The translations under genes were made by a program, and so were the position numbers. Of a DNA stretch of 59,817 bases, positions 1 through 10,650 are shown piece by piece (within the stretch, counting starts at the first letter, position 1; each line of letters opens with the position of its first letter). The stretch is from Phoronis australis. Taxonomy: Eukaryota; Animalia; Phoronida. The DNA lies in assembly GCA_002633005.1 (NCBI GenBank), contig NMRA01001021.1, positions 9,367 through 69,183 of the forward strand, read 5' to 3'. The notes beneath the pieces are model-generated. The model saw nothing but the letters and a program-made list of their open reading frames with translations. It did no database searches and was not told the origin of the DNA.

Positions 1-868
1 GTGGGGGGGGGGGGGGGGGGCTGAAATCCAAATTCAAGTGTCATATTCGGAACACGGCGCATTCGTAACTGAACTATGTCTAAGTATAGGCTGCCCCGCA
101 ATATCCCTGGCGACCGGCAGTGGCGCTGCGCACTACGACTCCGTTTCCGTTGTCAGCTCCACTGTGCAATGAAGAAAATTTACTTCATTTTTTAAAGAAA
201 ATGGAACCTGAGAGACGATGAAAAAACAGAAGCTGCTGGTAAGATGTGAATTTTAATCGAAGCCTTAGTGAATCACTCAGAAACTCGCAATACTCTCTTT
301 GTCAATCCTTATCTTAACAATTTCCAAAGCAATCCTGTCATTATTGCCAACACAAAAAACGGATTTGGTCTTTTGGGCATTTGAAGACTATTTTAAATAC
401 GACAAATTTGTTAAGAATTTATGGCACAAAATATAAAACGTATAATAAGCATTAAAAAAGAAGTAGGTTTAGCGCCCAAAAGCTGTGGACCATAAACAAG
501 TAGGTCTTTTAGTATGAGAATACTAGTTAATTCGTGGTGGTGTAGTGGTAACGCACGTGTGCTCTATCCGCCAGGTCGTGATTTTGAGTCTTTGATACTT
601 GCAGTTTTTCCCGTTTGACACGTTCTCTGTGTTTTTGTTTTGCCTTTTTTCTTGGATAATACTTCAAGAATCAAGGAAAATGCTTAATTTTTGGAGGTAA
701 AAACAGAAAAATTTCCTGGGAGGGAGGGGGGTTTGCCCCCTCCCTCCCATGAAATTTTTCTTCCCCCATTCGGTACTATGCGCATCTACAATCGTGGTTC
801 AGTTTGCGCAAATGCTTACAGCCGGACAAAATGTTCGGCCCCCTTGTGATATCCTAGATCCGCCACTG
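1..868 (+). mobile_element. Non-autonomous DNA transposon family A (~1 kb, CA..TG ends, 5-bp TSD), copy cut by window edge
   Basis: Ends in ...CTAGATCCGCCACTG at 868; colinear with copies at 13730-14712, 30513-31492 and 53852-56630; tRNA-like A/B box segment at ~534-590. Confidence 0.85.
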
Positions 869-2265
869 ATTCGACAGGCAAAACTTCGCTTTTACAAAAC
901 TTTCCGTATATGGCCGGAAAGGTTAACTCCGGTAGTTCATCTGCAAGCGAAATTTCGCTGAAAATAGTAGGATTTAAAAGCGAATCTTAATCGGTACTCA
1001 TCGAAACTTCGGTGAGTAGTGGGAACCAGAGTAGTAGGATCGATCAGAACGAAGTTATCGGTAGAGGTCGCGGCTGAAACAGTCTGCGTGGTACGCCAGG
1101 TCACTTGACTCATCTCAAGTTACTTTGGCTCTTTACCGCGATGAACCCTCAGAAATAAATTGCGGATCCAAGTAAAACTAGTCAGGTATGGTGAGCATCA
1201 ACAATTTTTTTGCGACCTGCATGCTGCTGCCAACTTCACAAACAGTCAGTTTCAAACCCCGACTGAACTAAGTTCCCGACTAAGACGAGTTTGCAAACCC
1301 ACGGCGATTGCGACACTATTCCGCGTACCAGCCACCGTCGGTGGCACAATTCAGGGCTGAACGAATCTGCGTCGTACGCCAGATCATTTGACACCTCGCC
1401 TTACATATATGTATACACAATAGGCCTAGCGTGATCCGCCTGGGATACTGAGTGGATTATTTCCTGATTTCCGCCTTCGGGGACCGAGTTCAGTGTCTTT
1501 GGTACAGATACAACATTATTATTTTGAAACTGAAAGTGAATGTAAACTAGGGACGATTTCTAAAATTGATTTAAGCAATATAGGATTCGATATCGTGTAA
1601 ATCCAATCACCTGTCAGATAAACAGGTATACCTATGGAAATTCCAGCGCAAGAATACTCGTCTTGAAATAGTACTTGATATCAAGGCCTTTAATCATTAC
1701 TGGAGAGCCGATCGCAATACCAAAACAGACGCTAATGTGTGCAATTTTCTTCCCAGGCGATTGTGTCAATTCCATGAATCTTTCATTAAATATAGTCAAT
1801 TACACCGAGGGCGTAGGTATTTACAAAAATACCACCGGAGGTACACCGGCTCTGTTTTTCGAAGAAACGCTAACGCCCAGTTGCTCAAACGGTAAGTGTT
1901 TTATTTTTGGGTAAAACACACACCCGGCAGTCACTAACATCTGGGTAAACGGAATGGCAATTATAGTTGTGTATCCATCACTTTCGTCTGTGTTGTATTT
2001 CTTAACTTAATTGCCCCGCTTGAGTTTGGTCACTCGATGGTAAGTGGTAGGTCACCACTCGAACAAGAAGTCCGACCATGATGGGATTATGATAATATGA
2101 TGGCCGCCAAGTTTTACTGCAAGTACCTAATTTGGTCAACTGGCCAGGAGTCTATCACAGGACCACTTAGTGTTTAGCTGCCAAATCGGTGAAAATATAC
2201 TGGGATTACTGTTGGACGGGATTCGTGACTTCTGAAGTTATTAGATTTGACAAGAGCTATGAAAC

Positions 2266-2933
2266 CACAGGCGTCCTCAGCTTTAGATCGTCCCCAATAC
2301 ACTACATATAATACTACAAGGTATGACACTTCGGACTTGAAATTCCACGGGTGCTTCACTTCAGCCGTCCATAGCAAACATAAAACTCAATAAATTTGCA
2401 CAAAACAGGGGTTCGACAAACCATGAAGAATTGTTCTTTCTCCCAATACCATTCACGGTGTCCTGTTACGGCGACTTCGTAAGAAATTCGCAGTCAAAGA
2501 ACAAAAATATTCACAAAAAGCCCCCACACACGTTTCCCCTAGGCCCGTCGAGGTCAAGGACGGTTCCGGAAATTGCCGGTGAGTTACGGAAGTAGCGACA
2601 TCGTGACTTTACGCGACAAAGCGGCAATTTCCGTACCGTCCTTGACCTCGACGGGCCTAGGGGAAACGTGTGTGGGGGCTTTTTGTGAATATTTTTGTTC
2701 TTTGACTGCGAATTTCTTACGAAGTCGCCGTAACAGGACACCGTGAATGGTATTGGGAGAAAGAACAATTCTTCATGGTTTGTCGAACCCCTGTTTTGTG
2801 CAAATTTATTGAGTTTTATGTTTGCTATGGACGGCTGAAGTGAAGCACCCGTGGAATTTCAAGTCCGAAGTGTCATACCTTGTAGTATTATATGTAGTGT
2901 ATTGGGGACGATCAGAAGCTGAGGACGCCTGTG
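2266..2933. mobile_element. Foldback MITE, probably P-element superfamily
   Basis: Near-perfect inverted arms 2266-2578 and 2622-2933 starting CACAGGCGTCCTCAGC; exact 8-bp TSD TATGAAAC at 2258-2265 and 2934-2941; CANRG terminus plus 8-bp TSD fits P elements (hAT not excluded). Confidence 0.9.
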
Positions 2934-3257
2934 TATGAAACAACAAAATGCGTTGTGCTTTTATGATATTATTACCAATAGCCAACGAAGTTGTGTAGAA
3001 AATTTACTAAATTTAACTTGTCAAATGCATTTATCGTCATTATTGTGATATTTGTCATTTTGTCCACCTTTAGGGTTTTACATTTCTACTAAAAGCTTAG
3101 AAGCGTTCTGCTTTTGTAGTCATACATTTCCCTGCTCGACATCTGATTGGCCAATCATACTTCCTTTGTTCAGTATAACGTGGTGTAATTCATTCAGCCA
3201 CGAAACTCGTTGTCCACAAGACCTCTACGCTTTTTCTCAGTGTTTTACTTTCCCGTC

Positions 3258-4625
3258 CCGGGAGTGTGTATTTTATTTTCCTTATTATACATTAGCTTAG
3301 TTATCTTTGTTTTTCTTTTATTCTTAGGACCGCTTCTGAGTATACGCTGATGGCGTTTTTTTCATAAGCATGTAAAACGACGCGTTGATTAATCTCATTT
3401 CAACGCCCAGAAAGACACTCTTTAAAGAACATGTTCAACGCGCACGTAAATGATGTCTTTGATTGGTCTTATCGAATAACTAATTTAGTGCGTTGCTTAA
3501 ATAAAACTACGCGTTTGATTAAGCAAAACTGCGCGTTAGAAAAGAACAGAAGGATGATCTTTTAAGAACTGAATTCAGCGCATTCACTAAGCAAAACTAC
3601 GCGATGATTAAGCACATTTCAGCGCGTAGAAAGAACCCCTTGGCACTTCATAAATAACGAGTAGCTTAACCAGAGCGCTGATTGGGAACAAAAGGAAAGA
3701 ATGCGTCGGGTGGAGGCGGGTGTTCATGCGGAGTTTTCCCTTTCCGAACACCGGAAGCCAACTTCCGGGCCTCGCCTTAGCAAATTATATAGGAAACCGT
3801 CCGTTGAATAACTAATTCAGCGCGTTGACTAAGGACTCCTGCACGTTGATTAATAACCAGTGTCAGTGCGAGAGTTGAATAAGCACATTTCCACGCGCAC
3901 CCTTTGGTATTTCATACAATCCCATAATCCCATAGGCACGAGACCTGCGACTGACAGGAAACATGTGGCTACGTACTCAAGCAGTGATCGATGCAGCACG
4001 TAGCATTTGCTTACCACACCATTGTCTACAAATAGTGACTCCGTTCTGCAACTTTCGTTTTTTTAGCCTTGTCATCTCCCCAACCTTGAAACATGGTGAA
4101 TGTTGAAATTTAGCAATAAAACTGGCATTACATTTATTTGTCTTGAATTATGCTTGTTTTGATATTGTAAGTTTTTCTTCATCAACGTCAAATTACGCAG
4201 ATGTTGTTAGACGCTTGCGACATTGTGAGTACCTCTACATCTACAATGAGTGCATTAATGACTAATCTCAGCGTGGTAGGTTCAAACAGTAACTAAGTTG
4301 CCATGTATCTGCTGTTCTGCTATAGTGAACAACTTGGATACCGGTTTTCTTGTTTTGGTGAAGATGTCTAGATTACTACCCGGCGCAGTACACTTCCTAC
4401 GATTTTGTGGGTACAGACAATAAATTGTAATAAAATAAAATAAAACAAAGTATTTAAATTACAGTAGAATTTGCGTCGGGACCACAGTGAGAAATCAGGC
4501 ATGAAAACTGGATTAATTTCGATTCTTTGGAATTTCATCGAGTCAGTGGTCAACCGAATCATTTGAATCCTACTTGGGTGAGGTTATTCAACTTCAAAAA
4601 ATCCCTCAATCCGTGTAAGGTGAAG
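3258..4625. repeat. ~1.37 kb segment present only in duplication copy 1, with degenerate short repeats (GCGTTGATTAA / TTCAGCGCG) at ~3370-3900
   Basis: Copy 2 reads CTCGTC|GTTGCTAAGTA contiguously at ~24201, whereas copy 1 has these two pieces at 3257 and 4626. Confidence 0.65.
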
Positions 4626-4822
4626 GTTGCTAAGTAACAGACTACATGCACATCTTAGCAGCCTCAGCACAGGACCATGGCAACCGCTCGGCTTTTCAGC
4701 TTTGTTGTGCCACTCATTCTTTTTCTGTCACCTCAAACAACTTGGTTTGCGTCTCAATCAAATATCAGTGGCGGATCGAGGGTATCGTGAGGGGGCCAGT
4801 ATTTTTCATTCCCCCTTCCCCC

Positions 4823-4828
4823 AACACA

Positions 4829-4893
<65 letters not shown>

Positions 4894-4895
4894 AC
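4823..4895. repeat. (CACG)n(CA)n microsatellite
   Basis: Directly visible; shorter version in the paralog at ~24419-24460. Confidence 0.95.
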
Positions 4896-7379
4896 TGCAC
4901 ATGAAATTACACAGCCGCGATTAGCCGCATAATAAATGCCAACATTTGTTTCCGTGTCATTTTACTATTTATTTTTGTCGGTGGCCAAGGGGGGGGAGGT
5001 CATAGTCCCTAGTTCCATCCTTCAGTTGTGCGATTTTGAAGACGCCCCATAATTCTAGAACCTGATACGGCATGAATTGCATCAATTTGATATGATTTCA
5101 TTTGATACACCTAAGCTCAGTATAAACATTGGTTATTGTTTGATTGACCTAATGAGGCATGGGCCACGTAAGCTCGTCAAAAATATCTTTTAAACAATTC
5201 CTGAAGACAGTATCATCTCGCAACGTCTAAAACAGTGTTATTCACTGTATCCTTTGTGGGAATTTCCAGGAAAATCACAGAATTCACGATCGTTAAAATA
5301 CGCGCTAAGGAAAAACTCTGTAGTCACCACTGAGATTCTAATCTCCCTCCCACTTATGATAAATGCGGCCATGTGGTCACAGCCATTCGACAAACAGCTG
5401 ACTTACAAGATGAATATTAACGGCAGATTATCATGTGTGATTGCAATCCGAATTTGAGATCGACAGCGCAGTATGAGGCAAGCCAGCGATTTCCCAAAAA
5501 GAATTCCAAGCGCATTTTAGAATGAATACTACCATACCTTTATAAAAACTTTTTAATAATTAGGACTTCAAATCCGACTGACTATTACTTTAACTCGCGA
5601 TTGTTTTTTTACATCAAAGGTCACATAATGGAAATGTGTTTACGTCTAATGAGCTATACATATTAATTAATCTCATTGGTTATGTCTATGTTTTGCCATA
5701 CCAAATAAAGAGACGAGCTTTGGCTTGTGGGAGAAAATTGATGAGCTGACAAGCAGTTGACAGATCGTTTTTATGAAATTTGAAACCAAAAGAAAAATGA
5801 TTTGACATCAACAGAATATTTTACGAGAATACCGTAAAAATACCAGGTGAACAAGTTGAAGCCTGTCTCAGTGGCTGAGTGTTTTTCGCATTGTAGACCT
5901 CTTTAAGTCCAGTATCAGGTGAAATATTCAAGCAGAAAATTAAATAATTTTCGACATGAAGCAAGGTTCGTTCTCCACAATAAGCTTTTCTCTTACATCA
6001 CAATTAAAGTCTCTAATTCCAACTCTCATTCACTTCTATGCCAAATAGTTTCGACCATTTGCCAAACTAATGTTTATTCACGATCTTTTTGGCTGGTCAA
6101 CTGTCTAGCGCGAGAGTGCCCTTGTCCAATTCAAGTTTCCCTAATCTTTTTCCCTAAATGATCGTCATTCATCTTCTCAGATATATCGATACATTTTTGA
6201 ATATCTGTTATTTTCGAATTAAAAATAATTGAATCACTTTATTTTCAACAATAATAACTGCGTTGTCATTAACAGCAGCGTATAACCTGAACGATCTTTG
6301 ATGCTTAATTTATTAAAAAATATTGAAACATATGGCAAATTGCAGCTGGAAAAAACGTCATAGCTGTAAGAACGAAGTTCCAAGAAATCCAGTTGCCTTG
6401 CATCTTCATTCATCAGCGAAATCGTTAACGTAGCCATTTTTCTCAGCTGTACTCAAAATCATGAACTGCGCCCATTAAAATTCACGTGTTTTTGAACTGT
6501 AGGTCTTTGTGTGTCCTTGCGCATAGGTGAGTGTGTGTTATTGTTGTTACGCTCCAGTGGTTGTAACCGAATCTTTGGCCGTGATTTACAGAACACTTTT
6601 CACACAGCGGAACCCTTACAACTTTCCACAAAGAACCGCATCGCAAGAACTCTTACATCGCTTGGTGTGAACCCTTACCGCGTACTTTGAACTACAACCA
6701 TGCACGTGACATTCTTAAAACGCATCACAGGTTTAATTTGTTGGGTGGGTGAATGGATAGATACGTCATGGATGACGTTGTAATTATGTTAAGCAGAACA
6801 TAAATAAAAGAAAGAAGGTTACTTTTAGCTATGTTTTCAAAAATGTGAGCGCATGTGTTATGGTCATAATCACCTCAGAATTTTTTAACCGCAATTTCGA
6901 ATTTGCAGCTTAGGGTGCTTTATGAAAGTAACTGAGACTTAAGACAGAAATTTGGTGTTTAAGCACCCATTTCACAAATGCTAAAAAAGGTTTACCCAAG
7001 TATAGAAATAGTTAAGAGAAATTACCAGTATTTCCAAAATTTAGTTACGTGTTTATTCTCAGACACTTTGCACTTTTGGTCAAGTGAGATTCGGAAACTT
7101 TCCACAAATAGATGTTTGGAGCGTAAAACCAGATTTCTGACTCAAGTCTTTTAAGTCACTTTTCATGAAACAGACCCCTCGTGGAATGCAAATAGTAGAT
7201 AAAAAATACAGGTAAATAAGATGTCGCTGTTTGGTTTGACTGAAGAAAAATGCATGTAGGCCTACTTGGGAGTGTTGATCAGGTGTTTTTCTTGATCCTT
7301 GAATGCATTTTCTCGCTCCTTCACAGAAAACCTGATTGCAGCAAAATTTTACTAATAACAATCCTTTTTCTTCAGGAAG

Positions 7380-8711
7380 ATGGCAAGCAATGTACAAATG
7401 GATGAGGTCACAAAGATGTTGGAATGTCCCATCTGCATGGAGAGGTTGAATATTCCAAAGCTATTACCGTGCCATCACACATTCTGCGAGAAGTGCATAT
7501 CCCAGCTTATCGAAAGCAAACAAGACAAAGGCACTTTCCCGTGTCCCATGTGCAACTCAAAGCTACCAGTACCAAAAACTGGTGCAAAAGAGTACCCAGG
7601 CAACATTCACCTTACACAATTCAGCGACCTGTTTCCTGAAAACAGCAGATTACATTGTCATGTGTGTAAACTCTACGACAAAAATGTAGTTGCTGTTTCT
7701 TTATGTATAAATTGTAAAGATCACTTGTGCAAGGAATGTTCTGTTTTCCATGGTAGAACTAAACCGACATTTGGACATCAAGTTGTCAAGCTTGAGGATG
7801 TCCGAAATGGCCAACATTTCGAAGAAATCAGACGGGCTCAGCTCCGATACTGCTCCACCCACAAGGACAAGCTACTGGAGATTTACTGCGTTGGGTGTGA
7901 AAAGCCAATTTGCTATTTGTGCAAAACGTTTCACCATGAAGGTCACAAAGTCAGCACCATTGAAGATGCTGTAGCAAAAGCAGACGAAGCTGTGGCGCAG
8001 CTGTCTGGTCGGTGCAAGAAGGCTAGAGAATCTTGCGCCAAAGTTTGTGAAAAGAGAAAGGATGTCCTGCAAGAAATTGACCGACAAAAGGAAGGTGGTA
8101 TAGTTCATATTAAAAGAATGTGCGATGTCTTGAGAGGCAAGATTAACAATTTAGAAGCGAGTGCTATCAAAACTTTTGAAAATCAAATTGATATAGCAAG
8201 AAAGAAAGCTGAAGCAGCCCACAGCGAAGCTGAACAAAAGCAAGCAGATTTTGATAATATTTTGGGTAACGTTGAATCATTCCTAGGTTCAAGTCAAGAA
8301 GTGGAAAAGTTGGTGCAATTCAGCGATATTCAGTTACGCCTCAAGAGTCTGGAAGGAGCATATTTTGATGTGACTGTGTTAAAACCAGCGATTGTGTTTC
8401 GACCACAAACATTTCCAGCAATGGATCTTCGTGTGGAAATCGAAACATCACAAAACATGGAAAACATACCAGATTTGGACTTTGGAAATCTAATTAATCG
8501 TTCAGCCTTCACAGGTTTTCAAGTTTCGAAAGCTTTTTTGTTTCCACCTCAAGTACAGGTTATATCTTTGGAACCCAGTCAGGAATTCATGCAGCATGCG
8601 TCCGCGGCGTCCAAATGGACGCCCTACTACACCCCGGCCAACATGCGATCGGGAACGACCGGAAAGCGATCGGGAACGACACTTTGCCGCAAAAATGGCA
8701 GACGACGATGA
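7380..8711 (+). CDS. TRIM/RBCC E3 ubiquitin ligase (RING, B-box1, B-box2, coiled coil; TRIM2/3/45/56-like N-terminus), copy 1, 443 aa
   Basis: RING CPIC..CHHTFCEKC..CPMC; B-box1 CHVC..CINC.DHLC.EC..H..H; B-box2 CSTH..YCVGC..ICYLC..HEGH; helical coiled coil follows; acceptor TTTTTCTTCAG ends at 7375 just before the ATG, with branch-like ACTAAT at 7351. Confidence 0.93.
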   Translation: MASNVQMDEVTKMLECPICMERLNIPKLLPCHHTFCEKCISQLIESKQDKGTFPCPMCNSKLPVPKTGAKEYPGNIHLTQFSDLFPENSRLHCHVCKLYDKNVVAVSLCINCKDHLCKECSVFHGRTKPTFGHQVVKLEDVRNGQHFEEIRRAQLRYCSTHKDKLLEIYCVGCEKPICYLCKTFHHEGHKVSTIEDAVAKADEAVAQLSGRCKKARESCAKVCEKRKDVLQEIDRQKEGGIVHIKRMCDVLRGKINNLEASAIKTFENQIDIARKKAEAAHSEAEQKQADFDNILGNVESFLGSSQEVEKLVQFSDIQLRLKSLEGAYFDVTVLKPAIVFRPQTFPAMDLRVEIETSQNMENIPDLDFGNLINRSAFTGFQVSKAFLFPPQVQVISLEPSQEFMQHASAASKWTPYYTPANMRSGTTGKRSGTTLCRKNGRRR

Positions 8712-9551
8712 TGTACCCGGTGAGTCTTAGTGTCATTTTCTTCTTAAATAGTGGCTACTTTGGCACGAATGCGACACAGAGAAAAGCGTCAGAGCTTAAC
8801 CTTTGTTGCCGATCTGAAATGATGCCTGGCTTTTGCTTATTTCATCAAATAAACGGCCCAGAAAGTAATGCCTTCCGATAAAATGCCTTGCGCGTCGTTA
8901 AGTCGACAATTTTTAACTGTTATTAGCAGTTCCAGAGTTCTAAAGTAAAGAAGTGTGGCGTTTAGAGCTTCATTGCCCCAGGTGACACCTTTCGAAGTTA
9001 TGTTTTGTGAAACAATTCGATATATTTACCAACACAAGCTTGTCCTTGTGTGAGACGGCGATCGAGAACGAAATCCTTACTTTCATATGGCGATCGTGAA
9101 CGCAAAAAAAGTGATCGTGAACGCACATTCTTTTTCTATGCATTGGCCTGAATACTCGTTCAAGTTACGGTGTTGTGTCAGTTTTACATTTAATACGTAC
9201 CCTGAAATAGGCGCCGGGTGGGTTGATTGTTTATTATACTTCATTGTTTTTCATGATTTTTGTGAGATTTAACCTAACAAGTATAACTGAAATGCTTTTG
9301 ATATTTTTTAGTTGAACTTCTGCCACAAGATGAGTCTTTTCGCTTCTTAACGTCTACACCTTCAAAAAGGAGAACTAGTGCTTGTGACAAAGGACTATGT
9401 GTGACTTGTGGAGCTTCGTTTAGTAAAAAATCAACACTGCTTGACCACATGGCAACAAAGCATTGTGACAGGACTGCAACGAAGACGTTCACCTGCCCAG
9501 TGACGGACTGTGGGAAAGTGTTCGTGAGACAAACAAAGTTTCAAGATCACA
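8695..9551 (+). CDS. Spliced C2H2 zinc-finger gene, 5' part (exon 1 8695-8719, exon 2 9312 into gap)
   Basis: AAAAATGGCA start; donor G|GTGAGT at 8720 and acceptor TTTTTTAG| at 9311 join in phase 1 to give MADDDDVPVELLPQDESF...CVTCGASFSKKSTLLDHMATKH...FTCPVTDCGKVFVRQTKFQDH. Confidence 0.75.
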
Positions 9552-10301
9552 NNNNNNNNNNNNNNNNNNNNNNNNNNNNNNNNNNNNNNNNNNNNNNNNN
9601 NNNNNNNNNNNNNNNNNNNNNNNNNNNNNNNNNNNNNNNNNNNNNNNNNNNNNNNNNNNNNNNNNNNNNNNNNNNNNNNNNNNNNNNNNNNNNNNNNNNN
9701 NNNNNNNNNNNNNNNNNNNNNNNNNNNNNNNNNNNNNNNNNNNNNNNNNNNNNNNNNNNNNNNNNNNNNNNNNNNNNNNNNNNNNNNNNNNNNNNNNNNN
9801 NNNNNNNNNNNNNNNNNNNNNNNNNNNNNNNNNNNNNNNNNNNNNNNNNNNNNNNNNNNNNNNNNNNNNNNNNNNNNNNNNNNNNNNNNNNNNNNNNNNN
9901 NNNNNNNNNNNNNNNNNNNNNNNNNNNNNNNNNNNNNNNNNNNNNNNNNNNNNNNNNNNNNNNNNNNNNNNNNNNNNNNNNNNNNNNNNNNNNNNNNNNN
10001 NNNNNNNNNNNNNNNNNNNNNNNNNNNNNNNNNNNNNNNNNNNNNNNNNNNNNNNNNNNNNNNNNNNNNNNNNNNNNNNNNNNNNNNNNNNNNNNNNNNN
10101 NNNNNNNNNNNNNNNNNNNNNNNNNNNNNNNNNNNNNNNNNNNNNNNNNNNNNNNNNNNNNNNNNNNNNNNNNNNNNNNNNNNNNNNNNNNNNNNNNNNN
10201 NNNNNNNNNNNNNNNNNNNNNNNNNNNNNNNNNNNNNNNNNNNNNNNNNNNNNNNNNNNNNNNNNNNNNNNNNNNNNNNNNNNNNNNNNNNNNNNNNNNN
10301 N

Positions 10302-10650
10302 TGTTGACTGATCTAAAATCTGACCTGTATTTCGTTGTCCAGACATAAATCTGATGAACTTTCCATGAAATAGCTGGTAGCCAATTTCCCAGAACCGAAG
10401 AGTTTGTGGGTTTTGGTAACGCATTTTGGAAGTGTTTTCCACCGAAAACCACTCGACTATATCCAGGAATAGTAGGAAACATATGTTGTTCAAAGGCACT
10501 CTACCTGAGGCAAGAAGTTCATTCAGTTTCATGTAAGATTCCATGAGACCATTTTCTTTCATTGTCTCTATGACTTGAGGAAGCAAGAAGCACAACTTGT
10601 CAAACTCTAATTCTTCATTACTGGGAGTCTCATCGATGTGGTCATGCTAC
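10302..10650 (-). CDS. Fragment of a transposase-like protein, family unresolved, running into the gap
   Basis: Open, protein-like frame ...LPQVIETMKENG...PLNNICFLLFLDIVEWFS...MRYQNPQTLRFWEIGYQLFHGKFIRFMSG; resembles the N-terminal region of invertebrate TE-encoded proteins (recognition only). Confidence 0.5.

Noticed and set aside
9401-10595. Long ORFs of 300+ aa in the track here, and those at 29216-30388 and 47337-47861
   Set aside because: Their length comes from N-gaps; only the real flanking sequence was interpreted
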